Positions 16,960-25,405 of a stretch of 32,000 nucleotides of DNA are shown here, one piece after another. This DNA is from Candidatus Kuenenia stuttgartensis (GTDB lineage Bacteria; Planctomycetota; Brocadiia; Brocadiales; Brocadiaceae), in NCBI RefSeq assembly GCF_900232105.1, contig NZ_LT934425.1:2520001-2552000 (forward strand), written 5' to 3'. The notes under the pieces were generated by a model that saw only the letters and a program-made list of their open reading frames with translations, was not told where the DNA came from and made no database searches. Position numbers and translations under genes: made by a program. Position 1 is the stretch's first letter; every line of letters begins with the position of its first letter.

Positions 16960-17485
16960 CGCCTTGTTCCATTTCCAGCAACCATTGCTTGACGTGAATC
17001 CCCGTTGCATATCCCGTTAATTTGCCATTTACCCCTATAACCCTGTGGCAGGGAATGACGGGCGGCAAAGGGTTTTTATTGTTTGCCATCCCTACTGCCC
17101 GCGCTGCCTTAGGATTACCAATCTGTTCTGCCACCCATTTATAGGAACGGCATTCACCGTAAGGGATTTCCCGCAGTTTGTCCCATACCTTCCTCTGGAA
17201 AAGAGTTCCGATGCTTAAATCAAGCGAAAAATCAAATACAACCTTTTTCCCTTCAAAATATTTTTTTAAAACAGCGATTTCGTGTTTCAGGAAAGCATCA
17301 TTTTCGTGAAGTCTTGTATAGATTGCACATTGGTCATGGAGGGGCAAATCATCCCCTGAGGTGAGCGGAAATGCTATTCTGCAGATACCTTTTTTTGTTT
17401 TTGCTATGTACACATATCCAAGGGGGGTGGGGAATGTGCTAAAATGAATCTCTTTATAATTATTTGTTCGACCCTTTTTGTCCAA
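16922..17485 (-). CDS. ogt: methylated-DNA--protein-cysteine methyltransferase
   Basis: 187 aa with the active-site IPCHRVIG motif, plus YGECRSYKWVAEQIGNPKAARAVG. The start could be downstream of 17485. Confidence 0.85.
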   Translation of the reverse strand: MDKKGRTNNYKEIHFSTFPTPLGYVYIAKTKKGICRIAFPLTSGDDLPLHDQCAIYTRLHENDAFLKHEIAVLKKYFEGKKVVFDFSLDLSIGTLFQRKVWDKLREIPYGECRSYKWVAEQIGNPKAARAVGMANNKNPLPPVIPCHRVIGVNGKLTGYATGIHVKQWLLEMEQGAKSFPMKRRGIV

Positions 17486-18221
17486 ACGTCAACCGGTACC
17501 CTTTTATAAATCCCATAATGATTAAAGTAAAAAAAAGTAGTGTCGCAAGTACGGAAATGGAGAGCGTGGTTATTGTCCACAGCTCTTTTATAAAATAACT
17601 CCACCATGAATTTTTTAGCAAAGATACACCAAATTTTTCAAGAAAGAAGAGTATAGCAAAAAGGATGGCGAATCCGGGTATCAGATATTTAAAATCCTGT
17701 TTATGCGGGGACATTGATACGGTAAATACAATAATAGCAAAAAGGAACAGTACATGCCGCACTTCTTCTATATGAAACTGGCTGCGAAAAGAATGAAAAG
17801 TAATCCATACCGAATCAAGCAAATACCGGATTAAATTGAAAAGTCCATTAAATGAAAGAGGAATTTTTTCGGGAAATGCATTGTTTACGCGAATGGGATT
17901 GGACAGAATACCTGATATTAATAAGATGGAAAACGCACAGCCAAAAAGAGGCGCAGATGTGATAATAAAGTCGAAAACAAAGGGGATCTTTGGTTTATCA
18001 TACTTTATCCCCGTGTTATCCGTTCGAAACAAATTAAGTTCGCTGATGGTGGTTCCCGTAATAAGACATAAAAGAGCATGGCTAAGTTCGTGAACAATAG
18101 CTCCGGGTAGGAGAAATCCTTTAAGAAACTTGTTATTGATATATTTAACCCATAGCTCATTCGTGGCAAAACTTAGGAATAGTACCAAAATAATGCCTAT
18201 TGCAAGTGAGAAATATATCAT
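17460..18221 (-). CDS. polytopic membrane protein with HExxH motif (putative zinc metallopeptidase)
   Basis: 253 aa with about 6 hydrophobic helices. HELSHAL follows the first helix. No closer family assignment is possible by eye. Confidence 0.5.
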   Translation of the reverse strand: MIYFSLAIGIILVLFLSFATNELWVKYINNKFLKGFLLPGAIVHELSHALLCLITGTTISELNLFRTDNTGIKYDKPKIPFVFDFIITSAPLFGCAFSILLISGILSNPIRVNNAFPEKIPLSFNGLFNLIRYLLDSVWITFHSFRSQFHIEEVRHVLFLFAIIVFTVSMSPHKQDFKYLIPGFAILFAILFFLEKFGVSLLKNSWWSYFIKELWTITTLSISVLATLLFFTLIIMGFIKGYRLTFGQKGSNK

Positions 18222-18460
18222 AGTGCACTTTTACGAAACCGTTTTAGACGATAAGGATAACAATGCCAGTCAAAAATCATGATCTTCAACAGCATTCTTC
18301 ACACCTTGCTCTACATTGTCATCTCACGGCTTTTCACAAACTTACCGACGTTGATAGTGGGCACAGGTGAATTTCGATATTATTTGCGGCATAGAGTATC
18401 AGAGCTTTTGTTCTATGTCAATCCAAAAAAGAAATCAATATAAGTAACTGAGGTGAAAAA

Positions 18461-18484
18461 ATGTATAATGTATAATGTATAATG
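18461..18484 (+). repeat. tandem heptamer (ATGTATA)x3, creating three overlapping TATAAT boxes
   Basis: ATGTATAATGTATAATGTATAATGT lies about 95 nt upstream of tRNA-Ala. Confidence 0.9.
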
Positions 18485-18577
18485 TTTAAAATTATCAAAA
18501 AAATAGTGAAATTGAATCAAGAGATTGTTATATTGAGAAAAAATATACCTTCTTTTAAGCTGTATTGAAATAGGGGC

Positions 18578-18653
18578 GGGGGCATAGCTCAGTTGGGAGA
18601 GCGTCTCGTTCGCAATGAGAAGGTCAGGGGTTCGAATCCCCTTGTCTCCACCA
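18578..18653 (+). tRNA. tRNA-Ala (anticodon CGC), CCA encoded
   Basis: Acceptor GGGGGCA/TGTCTCC includes the G3:U70 Ala identity pair. The anticodon loop is TTCGCAA. The T arm is AGGGG-TTCGAAT-CCCCT. Confidence 0.9.
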
Positions 18654-18686
18654 TTTTATATAATCATCACTACAAGGAGCGATTGC

Positions 18687-18875
18687 ATGAAAATTTCTAT
18701 TGAAAGCCCGTCAAGAATAAAGATGACTCCGGAAACGGAACATGAAAAAGAGAGCCTTGAGGCGTTGTGGAAGATTCTTATACGATGTGAAAAAGAGAGC
18801 AAGACTCTTTGCCCTATCGGTGAATACATCCCCTCAAAGAATGATGGCGCCAATTTTGTCATACAGGAACACTAA
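18687..18875 (+). CDS. small hypothetical protein (62 aa)
   Basis: ATG at 18687 lies 7 nt after AAGGAG (18674-18679). The product is MKISIESPSRIKMTPETEHEKESLEALWKILIRCEKESKTLCPIGEYIPSKNDGANFVIQEH. No motif recognised. Confidence 0.4.
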   Translation: MKISIESPSRIKMTPETEHEKESLEALWKILIRCEKESKTLCPIGEYIPSKNDGANFVIQEH

Positions 18876-19032
18876 TTGGTTCTAAAGCAGGTGAGGTTTT
18901 TAAAACATCGCTTGTTTTATAGCCGGTTTAAATTATTTCATCTCTCGTTTCCATTTTAGCCATCAAGGGCAGAGGTCACAACGAGGCATGAAAGTAGTCC
19001 TGATTGTGATTAATACCGTATTCCCAGTGGTT

Positions 19033-19803
19033 TCAAGTTTTTTTTGTAACATAATAAATCCACGCGCTATGGTTATCGCTATCGCCAGGATGTAATGTAT
19101 TGCCAAAGATATCGTACATTTCCACCGTTTCTAGTCCAATATCTTTGTTTTGTAATAGTTGATTATTTTTATTTATATAGTAAGTTAATAAAGCATAACT
19201 ATGTGCCTTATCATTAATAATTGCGTATGTTTCGTTAAACTGTTCCCGCCTTTTATTTTTTAAAAAATTAATCACTGAGCTAAAATATTTTGCAAAGAGT
19301 TTTGCCTGAACGTATGGGCAGGGTGCAAAAGACATCCTGGGAAAGGAATTTTCAAGGCGGTAATTTCTATTATGAGAAGAAAACACAAATACCCCATCTT
19401 TTTTTAGTATTCTATGAATTTCCTTTAAGGTTTTTAGCCGGTTATTATTGCCCATAGAATCTAATCCATTATATGAAAATAATACAAAATCAAACGTGTC
19501 ATCCTCAAAAATTTTCATATTTCTGACGTCATGATGGAGAAAAGTTGTATTGGCGAATTTTTCCTTGCAGAGTGCTATCATATCAAGAGAAAAATCCATC
19601 CCAATGTAATGCTTGCTTAATTTCGCCAGCGGTAAAGTTGTCCTTCCGGCGCCACATCCGATATCAAGTACCTGTCTGTCGGCAATATATTCCTTGTATT
19701 TTATAAAAATCATTACTTCGGCTATTTGCAATGCTGTAAGGGCATACTCTAGCACCGTGCGTTTCTTTTCATAACATCTCTTGTTTATAGCTTCGTAAGG
19801 CAT
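19033..19803 (-). CDS. class I SAM-dependent methyltransferase
   Basis: 256 aa with motif I VLDIGCGAGRTT, the acidic loop GMDFS and post-I/II features (FDFVLFSYN, LKKDGVFVFS). Confidence 0.8.
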   Translation of the reverse strand: MPYEAINKRCYEKKRTVLEYALTALQIAEVMIFIKYKEYIADRQVLDIGCGAGRTTLPLAKLSKHYIGMDFSLDMIALCKEKFANTTFLHHDVRNMKIFEDDTFDFVLFSYNGLDSMGNNNRLKTLKEIHRILKKDGVFVFSSHNRNYRLENSFPRMSFAPCPYVQAKLFAKYFSSVINFLKNKRREQFNETYAIINDKAHSYALLTYYINKNNQLLQNKDIGLETVEMYDIFGNTLHPGDSDNHSAWIYYVTKKT

Positions 19804-20616
19804 TTTTCCCCTTTCAAAGAATCCTTTTCGTATCCTCTCAAAATTTCATCGTATTAAGATAGATATAGATATAGATTATAGATAAAGAATCCCTGATTTT
19901 TATAAAAAGTGACAAAAAATTAAGTTGAGAAACGAAAGACAGCAAGTTGTTTTCTTATCATAAATCAGGATAACGATAAAGCAAAAATCTATTTCTGTTA
20001 TCACTACTGCTTACTGCTTGCTGCTTTCGCATCACTTATCATCAGGCTCTTTCGCGCATTTCTCCAACTCTTGGAAACATGTCAATGTGGATTTTACCCT
20101 CCCATGTGGCGAAGTGCATCGGCTTAATTTCCTGCTAAAGCAGATTTTATTATTTCCCCCCCCATGCGGCAGCATGGAGCTTGCACATGGAATGATTTTT
20201 CAAAAAATTAAAATGGTACATGGTTTTTAAATTTTAACGAATGAAGAATATATCGATATGACCGACTTCCGCCGGACAATGACCATATATAGACATGGTT
20301 TAACATGTTGCTGTCGCATTGTTTATTATACTTGCATTGCTATAAGATAGATATCCGGTGACCGTTTCGCGTCTATCTCCGTAAGTGATATTAATTTAAG
20401 AAAATCCGTATGCCGTTATTCACCAATAGGTTATAAACTAATAAACATAAAAATAAAGACGGCATAGATGTTGCTTGCCTTTTGTTCAATCTTTTGCAAT
20501 AGGTTGTTGCAAAAATTATGGGCAATTTTCAAATGGACCTGGAATTCAGTCTTAAACTCAAAAAAAGAAAAATTTTGAGGCCTTGCCTCAGAAATAGTTG
20601 TTGTCAGCGCGTAATT

Positions 20617-20643
20617 GTGCAAATTGACAATCATAATTTGCAC
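20617..20643. promoter_or_regulatory. perfect 9-bp inverted repeat GTGCAAATT-N9-AATTTGCAC (candidate operator upstream of hdh)
   Basis: The palindrome is read directly. It contains TTGACA and lies about 115 bp upstream of the predicted -35. Further TTGCAA motifs occur at 20493, 20506 and about 20698. Confidence 0.3.
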
Positions 20644-20756
20644 AAGGTAAAGCAGGGTGTTTAGGCTATATTCTGATGTGCAGGCACTATCAATTATTTT
20701 TGCAATCAGACATCCGTCGGCAAAATTCAAAGAGTAAAAATTATTCGCTTTTTGTA

Positions 20757-20784
20757 TTGACTTGAAAAGCAGATTAAGTATAAT
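20757..20784 (+). promoter_or_regulatory. near-consensus sigma70-type promoter for hdh
   Basis: TTGACT (20757-20762), a 16-nt spacer, then TATAAT (20779-20784). This implies a 5' leader of about 190 nt before ATG 20984. Confidence 0.55.
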
Positions 20785-20983
20785 AATCTGTCCGAAAAAA
20801 ACGATGGTAAGGAAGTTCAGTCTACAGTTAATTTTAGAGATAGCGTTTAACAGTTTAGGTTTAGTGTTTCGGAAAGGGGGTGGTTTGAGGGGTTCCAAGG
20901 TGGTGAAGTATGTTTATTGTTCCGCAATCAAACGTGATTGTGGTATGAGAGAAATGCGAGAAAGGAGGAAGATAAAAAGTATC

Positions 20984-22732
20984 ATGCGTAAATTTTTGAA
21001 AGTTACATTGGCATCAGCGTTGATTGGTTGTGGCGTTATAGGTACTGTTTCAAGCCTTATGGTGAAAGAAGCTAAGGCTGTAGAAATTATCACTCACTGG
21101 GTACCACACGAAGTTTATGGTATGCCTGGGGAGCCTGATAATAGTGGTAAGGTATTTTTCTCTGGTTTGAAAGCAAAATATATGGGTTACCCAAAAGATG
21201 CACAGAGGTCGCCATACCCGGGAAAATACAGCAAGTTTTGGAAGACATTGCCTGCGTACCGTTATTACATCCCGGATTATATGTACAACAGGGATGAGGT
21301 AAGGCCTTCAAACCCGATTAAGGGCACATTTAAGCTGGAGCAGTGTGTTGCTTGTCACTCAGTTATGACTCCCGGCATTGTAAGGGATTATAATAAGAGT
21401 GCTCATTCAAAGGCAGAGCCGGCACCAACTGGTTGTGATACCTGCCACGGCAACAACCATCAGAAGTTAACTATGCCTTCATCAAAGGCTTGCGGGACAG
21501 CGGAATGTCACGAAACGCAGTACAATGAGCAAGGGCAGGGAGGAATTGGTTCCCACGCATCTTGTTCCAGTTTCGCTCAGGTTGAGTGTGCATGGTCAAT
21601 TGAAAGGCCACCCGGAGATACAGCGGGTTGTACTTTCTGCCATACCAGCCCTGAAGAAAGGTGCAGCACTTGCCACCAGAGGCATCAGTTTGATCCGGCA
21701 GTTGCAAGACGCTCTGAGCAATGCAAGACCTGTCACTGGGGTAAAGATCACAGGGATTGGGAAGCTTATGATATAGGTCTTCATGGTACAGTATATCAGG
21801 TTAACAAGTGGGATACGGAACAGTTTGACTTCTCAAAGAAGCTTTCTGATGCTGATTACGTTGGTCCTACCTGCCAGTACTGTCACATGAGGGGCGGGCA
21901 TCATAACGTGCAGAGAGCAAGTATCGTATATACCAGTATGGGTATGTCGATGGCTGATCGTGGTGCACCACTCTGGAAGGAAAAGAGAGACCGTTGGGTA
22001 TCTATCTGTGACGACTGTCATTCACCAAGATTCGCCCGCGAGAATTTGCAGGCGATGGACGAGTCTGTTAAAGACGCTAGTTTGAAGTATCGTGAAACAT
22101 TCAAGGTAGCGGAAGATCTTCTTATTGACGGTGTACTAGACCCCATGCCAAAGGATCTTTGTCCTGATTGGTCAGGTCAGCACATCTGGAGTTTGAAGAT
22201 TGGGGCTTACCACGATGGAGAAGCTTACGGTGGAACTACCGGCGAATCCGGAGAGTTTAGAATGTCAAACTGTACTGATGTGGAGAGGCTTTGTTTTGAA
22301 AGTGTTGGTTACTTCCAGACATACATTTACAAGGGCATGGCGCACGGCTCCTGGAATGATGCTACCTACTCAGACGGTTCATTCGGTATGGATCGTTGGT
22401 TGGTCAACGTAAAGCAGAATGCTTCACGTGCAAGAAGGCTTGCTGCTTTGGAAAAGAAGGTTGGTATTTCATGGCAGCCTGAGCAGTTCTGGAAAACAGG
22501 CGAATGGCTGGATCAGTTGACCGGGCCATATATCGTAAAGAATCACCCTGGCAAGACGATCTTCGATCTTTGTCCAGATCCAGGCTGGTTAGACACACAT
22601 CATGCACCTGCTGAAGAGGTTGAGTACATTGAGAGAAAACTCAAGGAACTCGGCATTACCGCTGGTTCACACAGTGCGCATCATCATGAATCTGGCCATG
22701 ATCCAGCTGCAAGATCCATGAAAGAGCATTAA
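20984..22732 (+). CDS. hdh: octaheme hydroxylamine-oxidoreductase-family protein, assigned to hydrazine dehydrogenase (HDH; HZO cluster 1)
   Basis: 582 aa from ATG 20984 with a Sec signal MRKFLKVTLASALIGCGVIGTVSSLMVKEAKA. There are eight heme c sites: CVACH, CDTCH, CGTAECH (CX4CH), CTFCH, CSTCH, CKTCH, CQYCH and CDDCH. The DNA at 21722-21739 and 22175-22192 matches the HZO cluster-1 primers hzocl1F1/hzocl1R2 as I recall them. The start is uncertain (ATG 20945 and 20954 are also in frame); AAGGAGG is at 20962-20968. Confidence 0.85.
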   Translation: MRKFLKVTLASALIGCGVIGTVSSLMVKEAKAVEIITHWVPHEVYGMPGEPDNSGKVFFSGLKAKYMGYPKDAQRSPYPGKYSKFWKTLPAYRYYIPDYMYNRDEVRPSNPIKGTFKLEQCVACHSVMTPGIVRDYNKSAHSKAEPAPTGCDTCHGNNHQKLTMPSSKACGTAECHETQYNEQGQGGIGSHASCSSFAQVECAWSIERPPGDTAGCTFCHTSPEERCSTCHQRHQFDPAVARRSEQCKTCHWGKDHRDWEAYDIGLHGTVYQVNKWDTEQFDFSKKLSDADYVGPTCQYCHMRGGHHNVQRASIVYTSMGMSMADRGAPLWKEKRDRWVSICDDCHSPRFARENLQAMDESVKDASLKYRETFKVAEDLLIDGVLDPMPKDLCPDWSGQHIWSLKIGAYHDGEAYGGTTGESGEFRMSNCTDVERLCFESVGYFQTYIYKGMAHGSWNDATYSDGSFGMDRWLVNVKQNASRARRLAALEKKVGISWQPEQFWKTGEWLDQLTGPYIVKNHPGKTIFDLCPDPGWLDTHHAPAEEVEYIERKLKELGITAGSHSAHHHESGHDPAARSMKEH

Positions 22733-22773
22733 TAACGTAACTTTTTTCATTAGTATAAAAGATGTTTATGAAA

Positions 22774-22807
22774 GGAAGCTGTGCAGTAATGCACAGCTTC
22801 CTTTTTT
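22774..22807 (+). terminator. strong rho-independent terminator after hdh
   Basis: A 12-bp perfect stem GGAAGCTGTGCA / TGCACAGCTTCC has loop GTAA and is followed by TTTTTT (22802-22807). Confidence 0.85.
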
Positions 22808-22909
22808 ATTATAAATGAGTTGAAATACAAGAAATTTTACCTATACTTTCGTATACTTAAACATAAGCGACAAATATTCTACTTTTTATTTTCGTTGGAG
22901 ATTCCGGCA

Positions 22910-24121
22910 ATGAAGTTAAAGTTTTTTTACCTGTTACTATTACTCTCTATGGTTTGTATCTCATTTGCATGTGGCAAACGGGAGAAACATATTGAGCGAG
23001 CAAACACTTTGGCAAAGGAAAATAAATTAGAAGAAGCACTTAGTGAATATACGAAAGCTATTGAGTCGGATAAGTCTTCCGAAATAGCATACTATGGCAG
23101 AGGTGATGTTTACTTTAAGCTGGGGAAATTAGAAGATGCTGCTAAGGATTTTCGAAGTGCTATTGATATAAAACCGGGCTTTATTGAGGCGCACAAAAAA
23201 CTAGCAGAAACTTTTGATAAAATAGGCGCACCGCCAGATGAATTCCAAAAAAGAATTATTGCAATTGAAAATGAACCTGATAATCCGTTAACGCATGTGG
23301 AACTGGGCCTTTTTTTACATAAATTAGAACAAGATATCGATGCCATAGAAAATTATAAACATGCGCTGTCACTTGATCCAAATAACCCGTATATAATGTT
23401 TAACCTCGGCGTTGGTTATTTGGATATGGGCTTATATGAAGATGCAGAAAAAATATTTAGCGATGCCACTAAAATCGACGAGAATTATGATAACGCCCAT
23501 TATAATCTTGCGATTGCATTGCATAGGCAGGGTAAAATTGATGAGGCGATAAAAGAGCTAAATACCACTCTTGAAATCAATCCAAAATATTCCAACGTTT
23601 ATGTTGTATTTGGTTTAATGAGTTTAAGAGAGAAAAAATTTGAAGAAGCCCTCGTCCATTATAATAAAGCGATGGAAATAAACCCGGAAAACATAGAAGC
23701 CCGGTATCAGAGGGCAATTGTCTATGCATTACAACAGCGGTACGACGAGGCCTTGGAAGAAAACAGGGAAGTATTGAGAAGAAATCCGAAACATGCTAAT
23801 GCCGCATACAATATCGGTACGATTTATCATAGAATGGATCGGATGGACAAGGCAATGGAATGGTATGATAAGATTACAAAGAAAATCGACCCTCTTTATG
23901 AAGACGCCTATTACAACAGGGCGCAAATTTATAGTATGCAAGGGGATCACAGTAAGGCATATAGCGACTATATGTCTTATTCTATGATTACAAAATGGAG
24001 AACGGGGAAAGACCCTGCTGTCGTTTATAATCAGGATGAAATAAAAGAATTATTCACGACTGCCGTACCTGCTTTGCAAGAAGAAGTGCGTGATCAAAAA
24101 TTAGAATTGAAAACGAATTAA
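22910..24121 (+). CDS. tetratricopeptide-repeat lipoprotein
   Basis: I prefer ATG 22910. MKLKFFYLLLLLSMVCISFACGK has a lipobox-like SFAC. The remainder is 9-10 TPR units (e.g. AYYGRGDVYFKLGKLEDAAKDFRSAIDIKP, AHYNLAIALHRQGKIDEAIKEL). Confidence 0.8.
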   Translation: MKLKFFYLLLLLSMVCISFACGKREKHIERANTLAKENKLEEALSEYTKAIESDKSSEIAYYGRGDVYFKLGKLEDAAKDFRSAIDIKPGFIEAHKKLAETFDKIGAPPDEFQKRIIAIENEPDNPLTHVELGLFLHKLEQDIDAIENYKHALSLDPNNPYIMFNLGVGYLDMGLYEDAEKIFSDATKIDENYDNAHYNLAIALHRQGKIDEAIKELNTTLEINPKYSNVYVVFGLMSLREKKFEEALVHYNKAMEINPENIEARYQRAIVYALQQRYDEALEENREVLRRNPKHANAAYNIGTIYHRMDRMDKAMEWYDKITKKIDPLYEDAYYNRAQIYSMQGDHSKAYSDYMSYSMITKWRTGKDPAVVYNQDEIKELFTTAVPALQEEVRDQKLELKTN

Positions 24122-24135
24122 ATAGACATCATCTG

Positions 24136-25185
24136 TTATCGTTCAAATGCATAATTGAACGATTCTTCAGTTAAGTGTGGTTGGTGTTTCAGCATAAAAC
24201 AGTCGAGTTCTTTTAATAATGTCATCTTCTCTTTTGCAGTCTGGAATGTTGCCTGAAAGGAATTCCTGGCGAGCCGGTAAATATCGTTATGATCTAAACG
24301 CAAAGCTTCCTGGACAGCAAGGAGGTTTTCATTTATGTATCCGCCAAAATAAGCGGGGTCGTCAGAATTGATGGTGACATGCAGCCCCATATCAAGCATC
24401 TTTTTTAAAGGATGCATCTTCAAAGAATCAAATATATGTAATTTTATATTAGATAAGGGGCACACCGTCAAAGGGATGCTCTCTGCCTTTAACAGAGCCA
24501 CTAATTGCATATCTTGTATGCAGGCAGTTCCATGGTCAATACGCAATGCTTTCAAATAATGTAAAGCCTGCCAGATGTATTCAGAAGGGCCTTCTTCTCC
24601 TGCATGCGCAACCGTGAGAAATCCTTCCTGCCTGGCTCTTGCAAAAACAGAAGCAAATTTTTTGGGAGGATACCCAACCTCGTATGAATCCAGGCCAACG
24701 CCAATAATCCATTCTCTATAGGGCAAAGATAACAACAGTGCTTCCATTGCAGACGCTACACTCATACAGCGTTGAAAACACATTATTAACCTCGCAGAAA
24801 TACCAAGTTTCTTTTCTCCATCCATCATGGCTCCTAAAATACCTATAAATACGGACTCAAACGATATACCTCTTGTTATGTGCGCTTGCGGGTCAAAAAA
24901 CATTTCTGTATGCCGTATATGTTGTGAGGATGCTTTTTTCAGATAGTTCCATGTTATTTCATAGAAATCCTGTTCGGTTAATAGCACCTGGATACCGCTG
25001 TAATATATCTCCAAAAAAGACGAGAGGTCTTCAAATGTATATGCCCTTCGCACATCTTCTACCGATTTATACGGGAGTTTTATTTTGTTCCTCTCTGCAA
25101 TGGCAACCATAAGTTGGGGTTCTAATGTGCCCTCTATATGAACATGAAGCTCCGCCTTTGGCATACCGCAAATAAATTCATTCAT
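24136..25185 (-). CDS. add: adenosine/adenine deaminase family protein
   Basis: Motifs are PKAELHVHIEGTLEP (HxH metal site), HAGE and INSDDPAYFGGY. I prefer the ATG at 25185 (MNEFICGMPKAELH); the ORF-track TTG start at 25236 adds 17 residues. Confidence 0.85.
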   Translation of the reverse strand: MNEFICGMPKAELHVHIEGTLEPQLMVAIAERNKIKLPYKSVEDVRRAYTFEDLSSFLEIYYSGIQVLLTEQDFYEITWNYLKKASSQHIRHTEMFFDPQAHITRGISFESVFIGILGAMMDGEKKLGISARLIMCFQRCMSVASAMEALLLSLPYREWIIGVGLDSYEVGYPPKKFASVFARARQEGFLTVAHAGEEGPSEYIWQALHYLKALRIDHGTACIQDMQLVALLKAESIPLTVCPLSNIKLHIFDSLKMHPLKKMLDMGLHVTINSDDPAYFGGYINENLLAVQEALRLDHNDIYRLARNSFQATFQTAKEKMTLLKELDCFMLKHQPHLTEESFNYAFER

Positions 25186-25259
25186 ACGTTTTCGAATTAA
25201 CTCTCCACTATGAGGGAAAGAATCTTTTTTCCCCAATATTTAGTAAATAAAAATGTATG

Positions 25260-25286
25260 CCTTTTTCGAGTCCTTACCGAAAAAGG
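25260..25286 (-). terminator. palindromic hairpin between the glycosyltransferase gene and add (possible terminator)
   Basis: CCTTTTTCG-N9-CGAAAAAGG is a perfect 9-bp stem. On the minus strand the T-rich tract follows only after 6 nt, so the terminator assignment is weak. Confidence 0.3.
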
Positions 25287-25405
25287 TGATGCTTTAAATG
25301 CAGACGTAATTATTGCAAGAAACAGCGTATTACAAGACATTGACAAAAATTTACTACTGTTTTGGTGTCGTGTGTAGTCAACAAAAACAGGAGCTATTCC
25401 AATAC

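Noticed and set aside
18615-18686. The ORF track starts the small ORF at 18615.
   Set aside because: That start lies inside tRNA-Ala. The ATG at 18687 has a proper AAGGAG RBS.
20018-20230. A 70-aa plus-strand ORF with a TTG start.
   Set aside because: There is no RBS, no recognisable domain and an odd composition. It lies in the same ORF-poor region. A Cys-rich 30-codon ORF at about 20258 was also ignored for lack of any initiation signal.
20431-20898. A 155-aa minus-strand ORF in the hdh upstream region.
   Set aside because: The translation is low-complexity and rich in Ile/Asn/Phe/Lys, typical of AT-rich non-coding DNA. There is no RBS and no motif, and it overlaps the predicted hdh promoter.
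20762-20983. The ORF track extends the hdh frame upstream to a TTG at 20762 (656 aa).
   Set aside because: The extension starts inside the predicted promoter and has no signal-peptide character. The obvious Sec signal begins at the Met encoded at 20984, which follows AAGGAGG at 20962-20968. The exact ATG (20945, 20954 or 20984) remains uncertain.
25186-25405. I looked for a purine riboswitch or other leader element upstream of the adenosine deaminase gene because of the hairpin at 25260-25286.
   Set aside because: I could not find the conserved purine-riboswitch core sequences. The hairpin is a simple 9-bp palindrome, better explained as a weak terminator or spacer structure.
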